A DNA stretch of 28,064 bases from Pseudobacteriovorax sp. (GTDB taxonomy: Bacteria > Bdellovibrionota_B > Oligoflexia > Oligoflexales > Oligoflexaceae), in NCBI GenBank assembly GCA_050293845.1, contig JBNKNM010000056.1, positions 1-28,064 of the forward strand, read 5' to 3'. Under the pieces are notes generated by a model. The model did no database searches. It was given only the letters and a program-made list of their open reading frames with translations, and had not been told where the DNA came from. A program made the position numbers and the translations under genes. Every line of letters starts with the position of its first letter. Positions within the stretch are counted from its first letter, which is position 1. Below, piece by piece: positions 9,307 through 17,791 of this stretch.

Positions 9307-10389
9307 CTAATACCTCAGTGAGTAGTATGTAGTAAAGCCCTGATCTCTGTAACTTTGTCTATTTTTTGTACTAGAATAGTTGATGGTAAGGTGGTTAACT
9401 TGGTATCCAAACCCTATACCTGCAATGATATTAGGAATTCCAAAAAAAACATATGTGTTTAAACTGTCAGCGGGTAGAGATATGGCATCTGGGGGTTCGC
9501 TTAAATCCTGATGAGGTAATTGATTGAATACTATTCCTGTTCCATTTATTTTTTTATTCGCATCAAATACATAATGCGTTTCTAATATAAGTTCTAATCC
9601 CAAAAAGAAATTCATTCTCGATCTGCCAAGGAAATAAGTTTGTGAGCTGTTACTGACTTGCTCTTTGCTGCCATCAACATAGGTGAATGCCTTCCTTTTA
9701 TTAACTCCAGGGCCAATTTGGATGAGAGTATCGAATAGCGAAAACTGAGGCTGTAAATATATCCAACTGTCCAGGTTGTCTTCAAATTGATTCTTAAGTT
9801 GATCGCCGTAGATCCATTGGTAAGTTATTGCCAAATGAGTTGAGAGGTGACTAAGCAGTTTAAATCCAAAATTATTTGAAATCTCAAACAGTCTCACATC
9901 TTGAAAATCATCATCATAGAGAACTTTACCTAGAGTCAAGGTCAATGTTTGTTTATAGAATCTATAAAGAAAAGTAAAATTTGCTCCATACCAGTTACGA
10001 TTGTATGCTGAGGCAGTTTTTGAATTCATTGTGACAGAGGAGGTTCGTGCGGATTGGTAACCCCATGTGTAGCCCACAAAAGGCCGAAATGATAATCCAG
10101 GTGCGTTGTTAGGAATGATGTCATAGTCTCTTAGACTTAAGGCGGCCCCAATTTCTGTGGCTGATGTATCTATGCGAGAACCAGCTACATCTGTACGCCT
10201 CTGCCTGTAGGCTAAAATGGGGCTAAAGCTCCAACTTCTCTTGACCAAAGGCCAATCTGGAAACCAGTAAGAATTTTCTTGTGGTTCAAACTCGCCATTT
10301 GCTTCAAAATCTTTATTTTGGGCTAGTAGTTCTTTAGAGAAAAGCATACTCAATATCAATAGGAATATATAGTGTATGTTTAACAACAT
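9307..10389 (-). CDS. Hypothetical outer-membrane beta-barrel protein
   Basis: Signal peptide (ELLA-Q), aromatic-rich alternating strands, C-terminal beta-signal YYSLRY. Confidence 0.65.
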   Translation of the reverse strand: MLLNIHYIFLLILSMLFSKELLAQNKDFEANGEFEPQENSYWFPDWPLVKRSWSFSPILAYRQRRTDVAGSRIDTSATEIGAALSLRDYDIIPNNAPGLSFRPFVGYTWGYQSARTSSVTMNSKTASAYNRNWYGANFTFLYRFYKQTLTLTLGKVLYDDDFQDVRLFEISNNFGFKLLSHLSTHLAITYQWIYGDQLKNQFEDNLDSWIYLQPQFSLFDTLIQIGPGVNKRKAFTYVDGSKEQVSNSSQTYFLGRSRMNFFLGLELILETHYVFDANKKINGTGIVFNQLPHQDLSEPPDAISLPADSLNTYVFFGIPNIIAGIGFGYQVNHLTINYSSTKNRQSYRDQGFTTYYSLRY

Positions 10390-10648
10390 ATTGATCTTCA
10401 GATTCCTCTCTCACCATCTGTTTCTTTAAATACTGAATATTATCGCAAAAAACAGCCTATGGAAAGAAAAGTTTCCTGATATTGCTTTCAGATGGTCCTA
10501 TTATTTCCTGAATCATAGTTTTTTAACATAGTAATAAAATGGCTGTATATGCCCATACTTTGTTTTGTGCCATCAAAGATGCTCAAATTGCTTTATTCCT
10601 TATTAATTAATCCGATGTATGGGTTTTGGGTCTAAATAGGAGCAAATT

Positions 10649-11152
10649 ATGCAAATTATTTCGAACCGCCTGCAGCTGAGTCCTATCGATGAAAAAAGTC
10701 GGACAACGCTGAAAAAATTACTTACTAATAAGGAAATTATGCAGTTTGACTTTAACGGACCCCTTGATGAAGGCGAAGCAGGAGAATTGATAAAAAATTG
10801 GGAAAAATATTATAAAGTTAATGGATATGGTCGCTTTTCGGTTAACCTAAAATCAGGTTTTTGTATCGGATATTGTGGAGTAAGCAAAGGAGATATTGGT
10901 GGCGTCAGTGAGTACGAGTTAGATTTTCGTTTCTTACCTGCCTACTGGGGGAAAGGATATGCTACTGAGGCAGCAGAAGCGTACTGTCAATGGGTAAGGG
11001 AGCAATTTCATGTTGCCAATGTAGTAGCAGCTATCAAGCCCTACAACAGCAAAATCATACACGTTGTGCAGCAGCTAGGAATGGTTTTTGATCGAGAGGT
11101 AAAAATTTCAGGATGTAAGAATCATCTTTACCGGATCAACTATACACTATAA
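10649..11152 (+). CDS. GNAT N-acetyltransferase (RimJ/RimL-like)
   Basis: SNRLQLSP, IGYCG, YWGKGYATEAA, LGM; AGGAG RBS. Confidence 0.88.
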   Translation: MQIISNRLQLSPIDEKSRTTLKKLLTNKEIMQFDFNGPLDEGEAGELIKNWEKYYKVNGYGRFSVNLKSGFCIGYCGVSKGDIGGVSEYELDFRFLPAYWGKGYATEAAEAYCQWVREQFHVANVVAAIKPYNSKIIHVVQQLGMVFDREVKISGCKNHLYRINYTL

Positions 11153-11420
11153 TTAGGGAATTCGTTGGCAAGTACTTTACGAAGTTAGTAAGGATAATCG
11201 CTAATTATGCATGCGACTTGGACCATTCATTGTTATAACGATAGAACTGTGTGTGATCGTCACACTAACTTATAAGTCAAACAGTTTAGCATATATTTTA
11301 CCTATTCCGAGAAAATCGAGGAATACCTTAATCATAGAAGGTCCTATAAGGTATCAGAGTGATTATATATAAATATAAAAAATAGATTACTATAAAAAAC
11401 TTACTTATAAAAGTATAGTT

Positions 11421-11454
11421 TTTTCATTTTAGTTAAAATTAACTAAAATGAAAA
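11421..11454. repeat. Perfect 16-bp inverted repeat with 2-nt spacer
   Basis: TTTTCATTTTAGTTAA-AA-TTAACTAAAATGAAAA. Confidence 0.85.
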
Positions 11455-11512
11455 CAAAGGTATTTGAAATATGAAAACCATCTGCTATGTTTCTCTGAAA
11501 CAACTGGCGGAT

Positions 11513-11546
11513 AAAAAAGATAGCATTACTGAGTAATGCTATCTTT
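11513..11546 (-). terminator. Rho-independent terminator of the 250aa/92aa operon
   Basis: AAAGATAGCATTAC-TGA-GTAATGCTATCTTT hairpin, followed by a U-tract on the minus strand. Confidence 0.75.
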
Positions 11547-11613
11547 GCTAGACTAAATTTAGCTTTTCATTTTGCAGACGAGTAGCTTCGGTTAGTCTAG
11601 GGAAGTTAGTTTT

Positions 11614-11892
11614 CTAATTTTTTTCATAGACTAGTGTGAGATCTTTGCTTTCAGGATCTTGGTATATCTCAACTAGCTGATCGTTGTTATTGGTATAGCT
11701 ACCAATATAGATGAAGGAGTCGGTTTCGATTTCAGTCTCGGCAAAAACGAGCAAACCATCTTCAGTTGTTTGGACTGTTATGTTGTGCTGCGCTGAGTTG
11801 AATCCGCCTCCACTCATTCCCCCTGCGTTGGCTTTTGCCGGAGCGTAGCTCATACCGATTACTAAAAATAGCGATAGGCTCATTTTTTTCAT
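11614..11892 (-). CDS. Small acidic secreted protein, GGMSxG family (paralogue 1)
   Basis: Sec signal MKK...ANA|GGMSGG; GAGGAG RBS; ATGA overlap with the upstream regulator; paralogue at 25008-25277. Confidence 0.85.
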   Translation of the reverse strand: MKKMSLSLFLVIGMSYAPAKANAGGMSGGGFNSAQHNITVQTTEDGLLVFAETEIETDSFIYIGSYTNNNDQLVEIYQDPESKDLTLVYEKN

Positions 11893-12641
11893 ATGTCGAT
11901 CTCCTCTATATAATTTGGATTAACAAAATTTGCGAAATTAGCGCCAAACCAACATAGATCACCACGATCGTCAGAATTATCCAAAATCATCTTCAATTCT
12001 TTATGGTAACGATCTTGAAGCTTAGCTATTTGATTTAAGTCAGCTGCTGAAATGTTTTCAGCAAACATGTAGGCGCATCCCCCCTTGCTCACGTTCTCTT
12101 CGTCAAAGATAGACAAAAAGTGAGGAATGAATGATAGGGTCTTCCTAATTGATGGAAAACTAACAAATGATTTCTTGGCGAGATATCTACCACTATTATA
12201 CTCCACAAGATTCAATTCATACAAGTCTTTTAGTGCTTTTAAATACGAATTTCCATAAAGCCGTGCTATTTCGTCCTTTTTAGCACCAGTTGTAATACAT
12301 AATAGGTAGGTAACGAAATATTCCTTTTTTTCTAAAAGGCTATAGAGAGCGTCATCATCTTCGTGGCTTATAGAATCTTCAGCTCCAAGAATCTGAGAAA
12401 AAGCCTCAAGCAGAGATGGATGATGATCGCTTATTATTTTTTTTGTTTTCATGCTACCAAAAATTAAAAGTAATACAGGAACCAACTTCTCTATGGGTGG
12501 ATTGATTACTGAGTTGTATACATTGATCAGTGTTGAATATTTCACCCCTGATTTCTTGGCAAGTGAATGGATGGATCTTTTTTTAGGCCGACGACTCAAC
12601 CAATGATCGATCCCCTCTTTGATAACGACTTGTAACTCCAT
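11889..12641 (-). CDS. HTH regulator, TIGR02147/DUF4423-like
   Basis: XRE-like HTH (SIHSLAKKSGVKYSTL), winged-helix segment (LKDLYELNLVEYNSGRY), C-terminal helix-strand resembling DUF4423; AAGGA RBS. Confidence 0.7.
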   Translation of the reverse strand: MELQVVIKEGIDHWLSRRPKKRSIHSLAKKSGVKYSTLINVYNSVINPPIEKLVPVLLLIFGSMKTKKIISDHHPSLLEAFSQILGAEDSISHEDDDALYSLLEKKEYFVTYLLCITTGAKKDEIARLYGNSYLKALKDLYELNLVEYNSGRYLAKKSFVSFPSIRKTLSFIPHFLSIFDEENVSKGGCAYMFAENISAADLNQIAKLQDRYHKELKMILDNSDDRGDLCWFGANFANFVNPNYIEEIDI

Positions 12642-12706
12642 AGTATATCCTTTTGCGGAAGGTTAAGTTTTCGATTTTGAAAATGGTGAGACTAGTTTTT
12701 TATTTT

Positions 12707-12722
12707 TTGAAATTAATTTCAA
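12707..12722. promoter_or_regulatory. Perfect 16-bp palindrome, candidate operator
   Basis: TTGAAATTAATTTCAA between divergent HTH genes. Confidence 0.5.
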
Positions 12723-12899
12723 CTCTAAAAATACTTAGATATTGCTAATTCATTAGTAATGACTTTAACTAATATGCAAGGAGTGATTGCAAGACGAATT
12801 TTCTAAGAAAGCTTTCGCAGAAAGACATACGGTGCTTTCTTTGGCGAGATACACCCAGTTTTGCGAACAAATCAATGTGCTGTGTGAGGAGGCTTTCTC

Positions 12900-13595
12900 G
12901 TGATTGGCCAACAAGAAATATTTGAGATTTCTTTAAAACTCTTCGGGTCTATGAAATTACTATCTAGTTACTTAGATTTACCCGTCTGTGAGTTGATTAT
13001 GTACTATGAGAATAGGCAGGAGATGCCGCTGTCCTTATATATGAATATACAAATGCTTATAGAGAAGGAGGTTGATGGGAATATAGAAACGTTCTTTGAA
13101 ACGGATTATCAAGATTTTCTAACAATGAAGAGAATACGTAAGAATTTAAATCTCTCCCTATCGGATATGGCTGATCTTTTGGGTTTATCTGGAAGGAATG
13201 CTTCTGAGCTTGTAAAGCTGATGGAAAACGGCTGTATACCAATACTAGGCCCTATTGCTCGCATTGTTAGATATTTGAGTCAATCAGCTCTGAAACAAAG
13301 GCATGCCTTTGATAAGGAGTATTTAGTTTGTAAGGGTTTTTCAGATGAGGGATTTCAGTTTAGTGGGACTGGTATTTTAGCAACAACCTTTCCAAGGTTT
13401 ATGGCTAAAACGGTTCCCAATGATCATCTCAACCCTATGAAACCCTCTGTACAAATCAATGATTTTGAATCCTTAGAGCTTGATAGTTGGATAGATAACC
13501 CGAGAGTTATAGATGAACAAAGGATATGTATACAACTTGATCAGGCAGTAAAATATCTTCGGGAGAGTTATTGTCCAAAAAAAGCATCAGTATGA
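12900..13595 (+). CDS. XRE/Cro-type HTH protein with a phage-like C-terminal domain
   Basis: GAGGAGG RBS with GTG start; RKNLNLSLSDMADLLGL...MENG..PI.GP HTH; probable degenerate N-terminal HTH; FPRF...WIDNP C-terminal domain. Confidence 0.75.
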   Translation: MIGQQEIFEISLKLFGSMKLLSSYLDLPVCELIMYYENRQEMPLSLYMNIQMLIEKEVDGNIETFFETDYQDFLTMKRIRKNLNLSLSDMADLLGLSGRNASELVKLMENGCIPILGPIARIVRYLSQSALKQRHAFDKEYLVCKGFSDEGFQFSGTGILATTFPRFMAKTVPNDHLNPMKPSVQINDFESLELDSWIDNPRVIDEQRICIQLDQAVKYLRESYCPKKASV

Positions 13596-13679
13596 TGCGT
13601 ATACTTAGAAAAAATTAAGTCCTTACCAACCTGAATAGAACACTAATTTGCCCAATTGGTGCCTGAAACGGGGGAACCT

Positions 13680-14978
13680 ATGCTTGGAAAGAAAATGCTC
13701 CAGGAGCTTACGAGCCGTAGCAATACCACAACGCCAGATTTTGCTCAGATTAAAAGCTTATTAAATCTGAAATCATCAGCTCATGTAAGCATGATTTTAA
13801 CGGGAAAAAGGAGGATAGCAAACGAGCAGTTAGATGTCTTACAAAAAAATATTCGACTAAAGCCTTTAGAGCTAGCATACATAACAGCTGTGGTAACATT
13901 GAAATCATCATTTCGCCGTAGCCAAATTATAAATGGTTTGACGCGGCTTTTGGAAAAATCTGAACAAATTTCGACTTCAAAAACAGTATTGACTACTAAC
14001 CAAAGTAATGAACTTTATCGCGGTGGTTTTTATACACTTGAGCAAGATGATTACTATATTTTCAATTTAAGATTCCATGTTTTCTTATCTCAAATCATCC
14101 AAAATTTTTCACATGGGGAAGGAAATCCCAAATATCTTAATGTTTCTTTGATTAATTTCGCAGATAATTGCTGTAGTATGAAGGATGGTATATCCCAAAA
14201 TATACTTCATGATAAAAGGAAGGTTGAGTTTAAGAAATTTATTTCGGGAATACTTATCGATGTTAGAAACAAAAATAGAAGCCTTTCCTTGAGATCGATA
14301 GCAAGAAAGCTTGGTGTTTCTTCAGCTATGTTGTCACTTATCGTTCATGGTAAGAGAAGCATGTCTGATGATTTGGCAATGCGTTTCTCTGAAGTCACCG
14401 GTATAGAAGATTACGCCAAAGAAAAATTACGCTTATTAGCAGCATACTGCCGGTCTGCTTCACGTGAGGAAATTATTGAGCATAAAAGTAGATTGGGAAT
14501 GTTTCCTTACTTCAATGAAGAATTAAAAGGAGAAAGCTTTTGGGATGAATTCTGGAAACTGTCCCTAAACCCTGTTTTACTTGCCATGGAAAATTTAGAT
14601 AGCTACGAAAGCAATACCTCTTGGATAGCTAGCAAGTTGAAATTATCAGAAACAGAAGAGAATTTAGAACAGGTTCGGGAATACCTGGTTAAATCTGAGT
14701 TAGATAAAGAAGAGGGAGGTGTCAGTAAGGATCAAGTTTCTCTTGTCTATAGCTTAGATCGAACTCCTTTAAGCTTGGGGGGATGGGAACAGCTTTTAAC
14801 AGCAGAAGATAATCCCAGTACAGATGGGGATGTCCTTTATCGTATTCCTGTTTATACAGATCAGGAAAAATTCTCTGAAATTAAAAAAATGATCCAACAG
14901 TTCCTTCGGGGGGCGGAGTCTTCATTTACTACAAACGTAGGTCAAAGATGTTTTCATCTAAATTTTGCAATGGAATGA
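13680..14978 (+). CDS. Tandem-HTH TIGR02147/DUF4423-like regulator
   Basis: Two repeats of the family N-terminus (LNLKSSAHVSMILTGKRRI; SLRSIARKLGVSSAMLSLIVHGKRSM), WIASKL, C-terminal EKFSEIKKMIQQF...FHLNF. Confidence 0.8.
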   Translation: MLGKKMLQELTSRSNTTTPDFAQIKSLLNLKSSAHVSMILTGKRRIANEQLDVLQKNIRLKPLELAYITAVVTLKSSFRRSQIINGLTRLLEKSEQISTSKTVLTTNQSNELYRGGFYTLEQDDYYIFNLRFHVFLSQIIQNFSHGEGNPKYLNVSLINFADNCCSMKDGISQNILHDKRKVEFKKFISGILIDVRNKNRSLSLRSIARKLGVSSAMLSLIVHGKRSMSDDLAMRFSEVTGIEDYAKEKLRLLAAYCRSASREEIIEHKSRLGMFPYFNEELKGESFWDEFWKLSLNPVLLAMENLDSYESNTSWIASKLKLSETEENLEQVREYLVKSELDKEEGGVSKDQVSLVYSLDRTPLSLGGWEQLLTAEDNPSTDGDVLYRIPVYTDQEKFSEIKKMIQQFLRGAESSFTTNVGQRCFHLNFAME

Positions 14979-15029
14979 TATAGTACATTACCAGCACTTT
15001 GTTTAGGACGGTGAATTGGGAAATGAGAG

Positions 15030-15293
15030 TCACTTGATCTTTATCTGTTGCTGGCTGGGGGCCTTGCCAACAAAGGGGTAGAGATCGGGTGGCTCTGTGC
15101 TATGCTCTTCCATAAAAATTAGCATTATTTGATGAATTCTAGCAAATAATGCTTGTATGCGGTGATTTTCAGTTTGGCTTTCACAGTAATGTGTATGAAC
15201 TATGGTGTTTATTACCTTTAGCGTGAGGGAGTAGTCGCTATAGTAATTCAGGTAAAGTTTTTGGATTTCAAGCCTTTGCAGACACCTTTTCAT
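15030..15293 (-). CDS. Hypothetical protein, 87 aa
   Basis: ATG with GAGGA RBS; no recognisable motif. Confidence 0.5.
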   Translation of the reverse strand: MKRCLQRLEIQKLYLNYYSDYSLTLKVINTIVHTHYCESQTENHRIQALFARIHQIMLIFMEEHSTEPPDLYPFVGKAPSQQQIKIK

Positions 15294-15673
15294 TTCCTCT
15301 TAATAGAGAATATCCCAAATTATATTTTGAATTTCAAATATTTATTATAGGCCGACATCCAAAATTATTTACGGGACGCCTATAGGTAGGGGAGACTTAC
15401 TGGGTGGAGCTGATGTCGCATAGAGTCCCTTTATCTCAAAATGGGGAAACAATTGCTTCTTCAACACTCTAAAGCCGATTGGGCGGTAGACGACGGCATG
15501 TCCTGGAATAAGGATGAAAGAAAAAATTGGAATAGATTTGCCTATTGAAGTAAAGAGTAACTCGTACAGCATCACCGGTCAACCCAGGTTCAAATCTGTA
15601 AGTAGACAAATTTGCCTTGTTATTTCATTCTGATTCCTTAATATGAATCCTTCAAATTACCTTGGAGTTTTCT

Positions 15674-16117
15674 ATGCGTACAATATTAGCTGTTATCATT
15701 CTATTTAGTTGCCAGCTATTGGCAGAACCGAAAAAGTTCGGGGCAAACCTGACTGGAACAGCCACTCCACTCAAATTAAATAGGGTTGATAAGCAAGATG
15801 TAAAGCCCAACAAACTATTTGTGGTTGAAGGTAAAGTAGAGCAAGTTTGCGAGAAAAAAGGCTGCTGGATGACCATAAACGATGGCACTTCATCGGTGAT
15901 GGTTCGATTTAAGGATTATGGATTTTTCGTACCCATGAAACTAAAAGGACAGAAAATAAAAGCAGAAGGTGTCTTCGTTAAAAAAGAGCGTTCAATTGCG
16001 GATTTGAAGCATTTTGCTAAAGATAGTGGTGCTAGCGAAGCTGAGATCACCAAGATTACAAAGTCTAAAACTAGCTATGAGTTTGTAGCTCATGGTGTAG
16101 AAACTATGGGAAGCTAA
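15674..16117 (+). CDS. DUF4920 family exported protein
   Basis: Signal peptide, VCEKKGCWM, VRFKDYGFFVP, HFAKDSG; GGAG RBS before ATG 15674. Confidence 0.88.
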   Translation: MRTILAVIILFSCQLLAEPKKFGANLTGTATPLKLNRVDKQDVKPNKLFVVEGKVEQVCEKKGCWMTINDGTSSVMVRFKDYGFFVPMKLKGQKIKAEGVFVKKERSIADLKHFAKDSGASEAEITKITKSKTSYEFVAHGVETMGS

Positions 16118-16405
16118 AGTTGATTCGCTTAGTGAAACAAAATTTTTAGCTCCCAATTTCACAATGATTGATTTTCTATCGAAGCCTGGTCAGCCAAAAA
16201 GGACTTCTCGTCTTGGAGTCTTTTCCATCTTTACAAAAATATATGCTTTTTTAAACCACCTTTCTAGAATGTTGAAATCTATACTAAAACTACATACTAG
16301 CGAAGCGTTCGTAGTTCTTTTTATGGATAACTTGCCATATTTTCGTTACTGTATCGTTACTATGAGTGCAAAGCCCCTGATTCACAGCGTGGAGGAAGTA
16401 TTTAA

Positions 16406-17791
16406 ATGTTATGGTCTCGAATAGTTATCACAGCAACTCTACTCCTATTGCTGTCAAATAGTGCCTATGGGCAGACGTGGCAAAAGGCGGTGAATTGTTA
16501 TCTTGATAACGGTGAGTTAGCTGAGTGCTCGCAGTTTACTGACGATCTTAAGCAATCTTACGCGGTAATCAGATTATTTAAAACTGGAGCTGACAACCAA
16601 GAAAAACCTCCACTGTTTCTGCTTGCGGGAGGACCAGGTCAAGGAGCGGGAAAAGCTATGCAACCTTATATTTCGCTGTTGTCTGAAGTTAGGAAAGAAA
16701 GAGATTTTATCTTGGTTGATCAGCTTGGTACTGGCAAGTCCTCTCCTTTAAAGTGTCCTGAGTTTGAAAAGATAACTCCCTTAGAACAGCTGAGAGACTC
16801 GGGACGAGTTGTCGCAGCTATGAAAAAGTGTGGTGAGAAAATTGGTGATGGTCTCGTGCCACCGGAAGCTTACGGCACTGACTCCTATGCGAAAATATTA
16901 GAGCACGTGCGACAACATTTGGGTTATGGGAATGTTGCTCTATACGGAGTTTCATATGGAACACGAGTGGCAATACGGTACGGGATGCTCTTTCCGAATA
17001 GCGTAGCAAGTATAGTGATTGAAGGGGTGGCTGGAAATAAGCTAAGGCTCTTTGAAAACTCAAGTATAGGGCGTCCACTTGTTGTAAAATCTATCGAAAT
17101 GCGACAGAAGGAATCTGGAAAAGTAGAACTGCTCTCCGATCAAATTACAAAATTAGCGAAACAATTACCAAAGACAGTTGGTATCGTCGACCCTAATTCC
17201 GGGAAGAGAGAGCTTATCACTGTGGATGAAATGGTAATGTGGCATGCAATTGGCTTAGCATTCTACGACCCAGGATTAGTTTCGATATTACCATATAGTT
17301 TAGAAGAAGCCTTGCATGGTAATTTTCAACCTCTAATTACACCGGCATTGACGGCAAATATGGGTGTTAATCCTATTCATCTTTTTACAGTAGCCTGTTC
17401 GGAAGACTTTCATGGTGAAGACAAGTTGCCTATGAGTTTGTTGGATAAAGAACGTAAACAGATAGTTACCTTGTGTAATGGGTGGCCGAAATATAAACTA
17501 GACAAGAACTTTAGAAATAAACCGGAATTTGAAATACCCACCCTGCTACTCGCGGGGCGAGCCGATCCCGCGACTCCGATTCTATTTGCGGAGAAGCTCG
17601 ATGAAGAGCTAAAAAATAGCAAATTAGTAAGCTTCGATCATCAAGGGCATAACGTATTCTATTTACCATGCGCTACAGAAATTGTAGTAGATTTTCTAAC
17701 CGACCCTAAGAGTCTACAGAAAATTGAAACCGCCTGTGTTAAAGAAACAAAGACCCCCAAAATGTTCGCAACAGGATTAGGCCCAAAATGA
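16406..17791 (+). CDS. Secreted alpha/beta-hydrolase peptidase (TAP-like)
   Basis: LAGGPGQ, DQLGTGKS, GVSYG, DPATP, QGH catalytic triad motifs; GGAGG RBS. Confidence 0.88.
   Translation: MLWSRIVITATLLLLLSNSAYGQTWQKAVNCYLDNGELAECSQFTDDLKQSYAVIRLFKTGADNQEKPPLFLLAGGPGQGAGKAMQPYISLLSEVRKERDFILVDQLGTGKSSPLKCPEFEKITPLEQLRDSGRVVAAMKKCGEKIGDGLVPPEAYGTDSYAKILEHVRQHLGYGNVALYGVSYGTRVAIRYGMLFPNSVASIVIEGVAGNKLRLFENSSIGRPLVVKSIEMRQKESGKVELLSDQITKLAKQLPKTVGIVDPNSGKRELITVDEMVMWHAIGLAFYDPGLVSILPYSLEEALHGNFQPLITPALTANMGVNPIHLFTVACSEDFHGEDKLPMSLLDKERKQIVTLCNGWPKYKLDKNFRNKPEFEIPTLLLAGRADPATPILFAEKLDEELKNSKLVSFDHQGHNVFYLPCATEIVVDFLTDPKSLQKIETACVKETKTPKMFATGLGPK

Noticed and set aside
11155..11165. AGGGAATTCGT also found inverted at about 25439-25449, near the second paralogue
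   Set aside because: Only 11 nt, and downstream of one paralogue but upstream of the other; compatible with chance
11251..11265. CRP-like site TGTGA...TCACA
   Set aside because: Spacer is 3 nt rather than 6, and it lies between convergent genes
11614..11892. Double-glycine bacteriocin/RiPP precursor interpretation of the GG motif
   Set aside because: GG follows a classical hydrophobic Sec signal with an AxA site, and no C39 peptidase transporter or modifying enzymes are nearby
16164..16424. 86-aa ORF upstream of the peptidase
   Set aside because: No RBS, non-protein-like composition, and spans the probable promoter region
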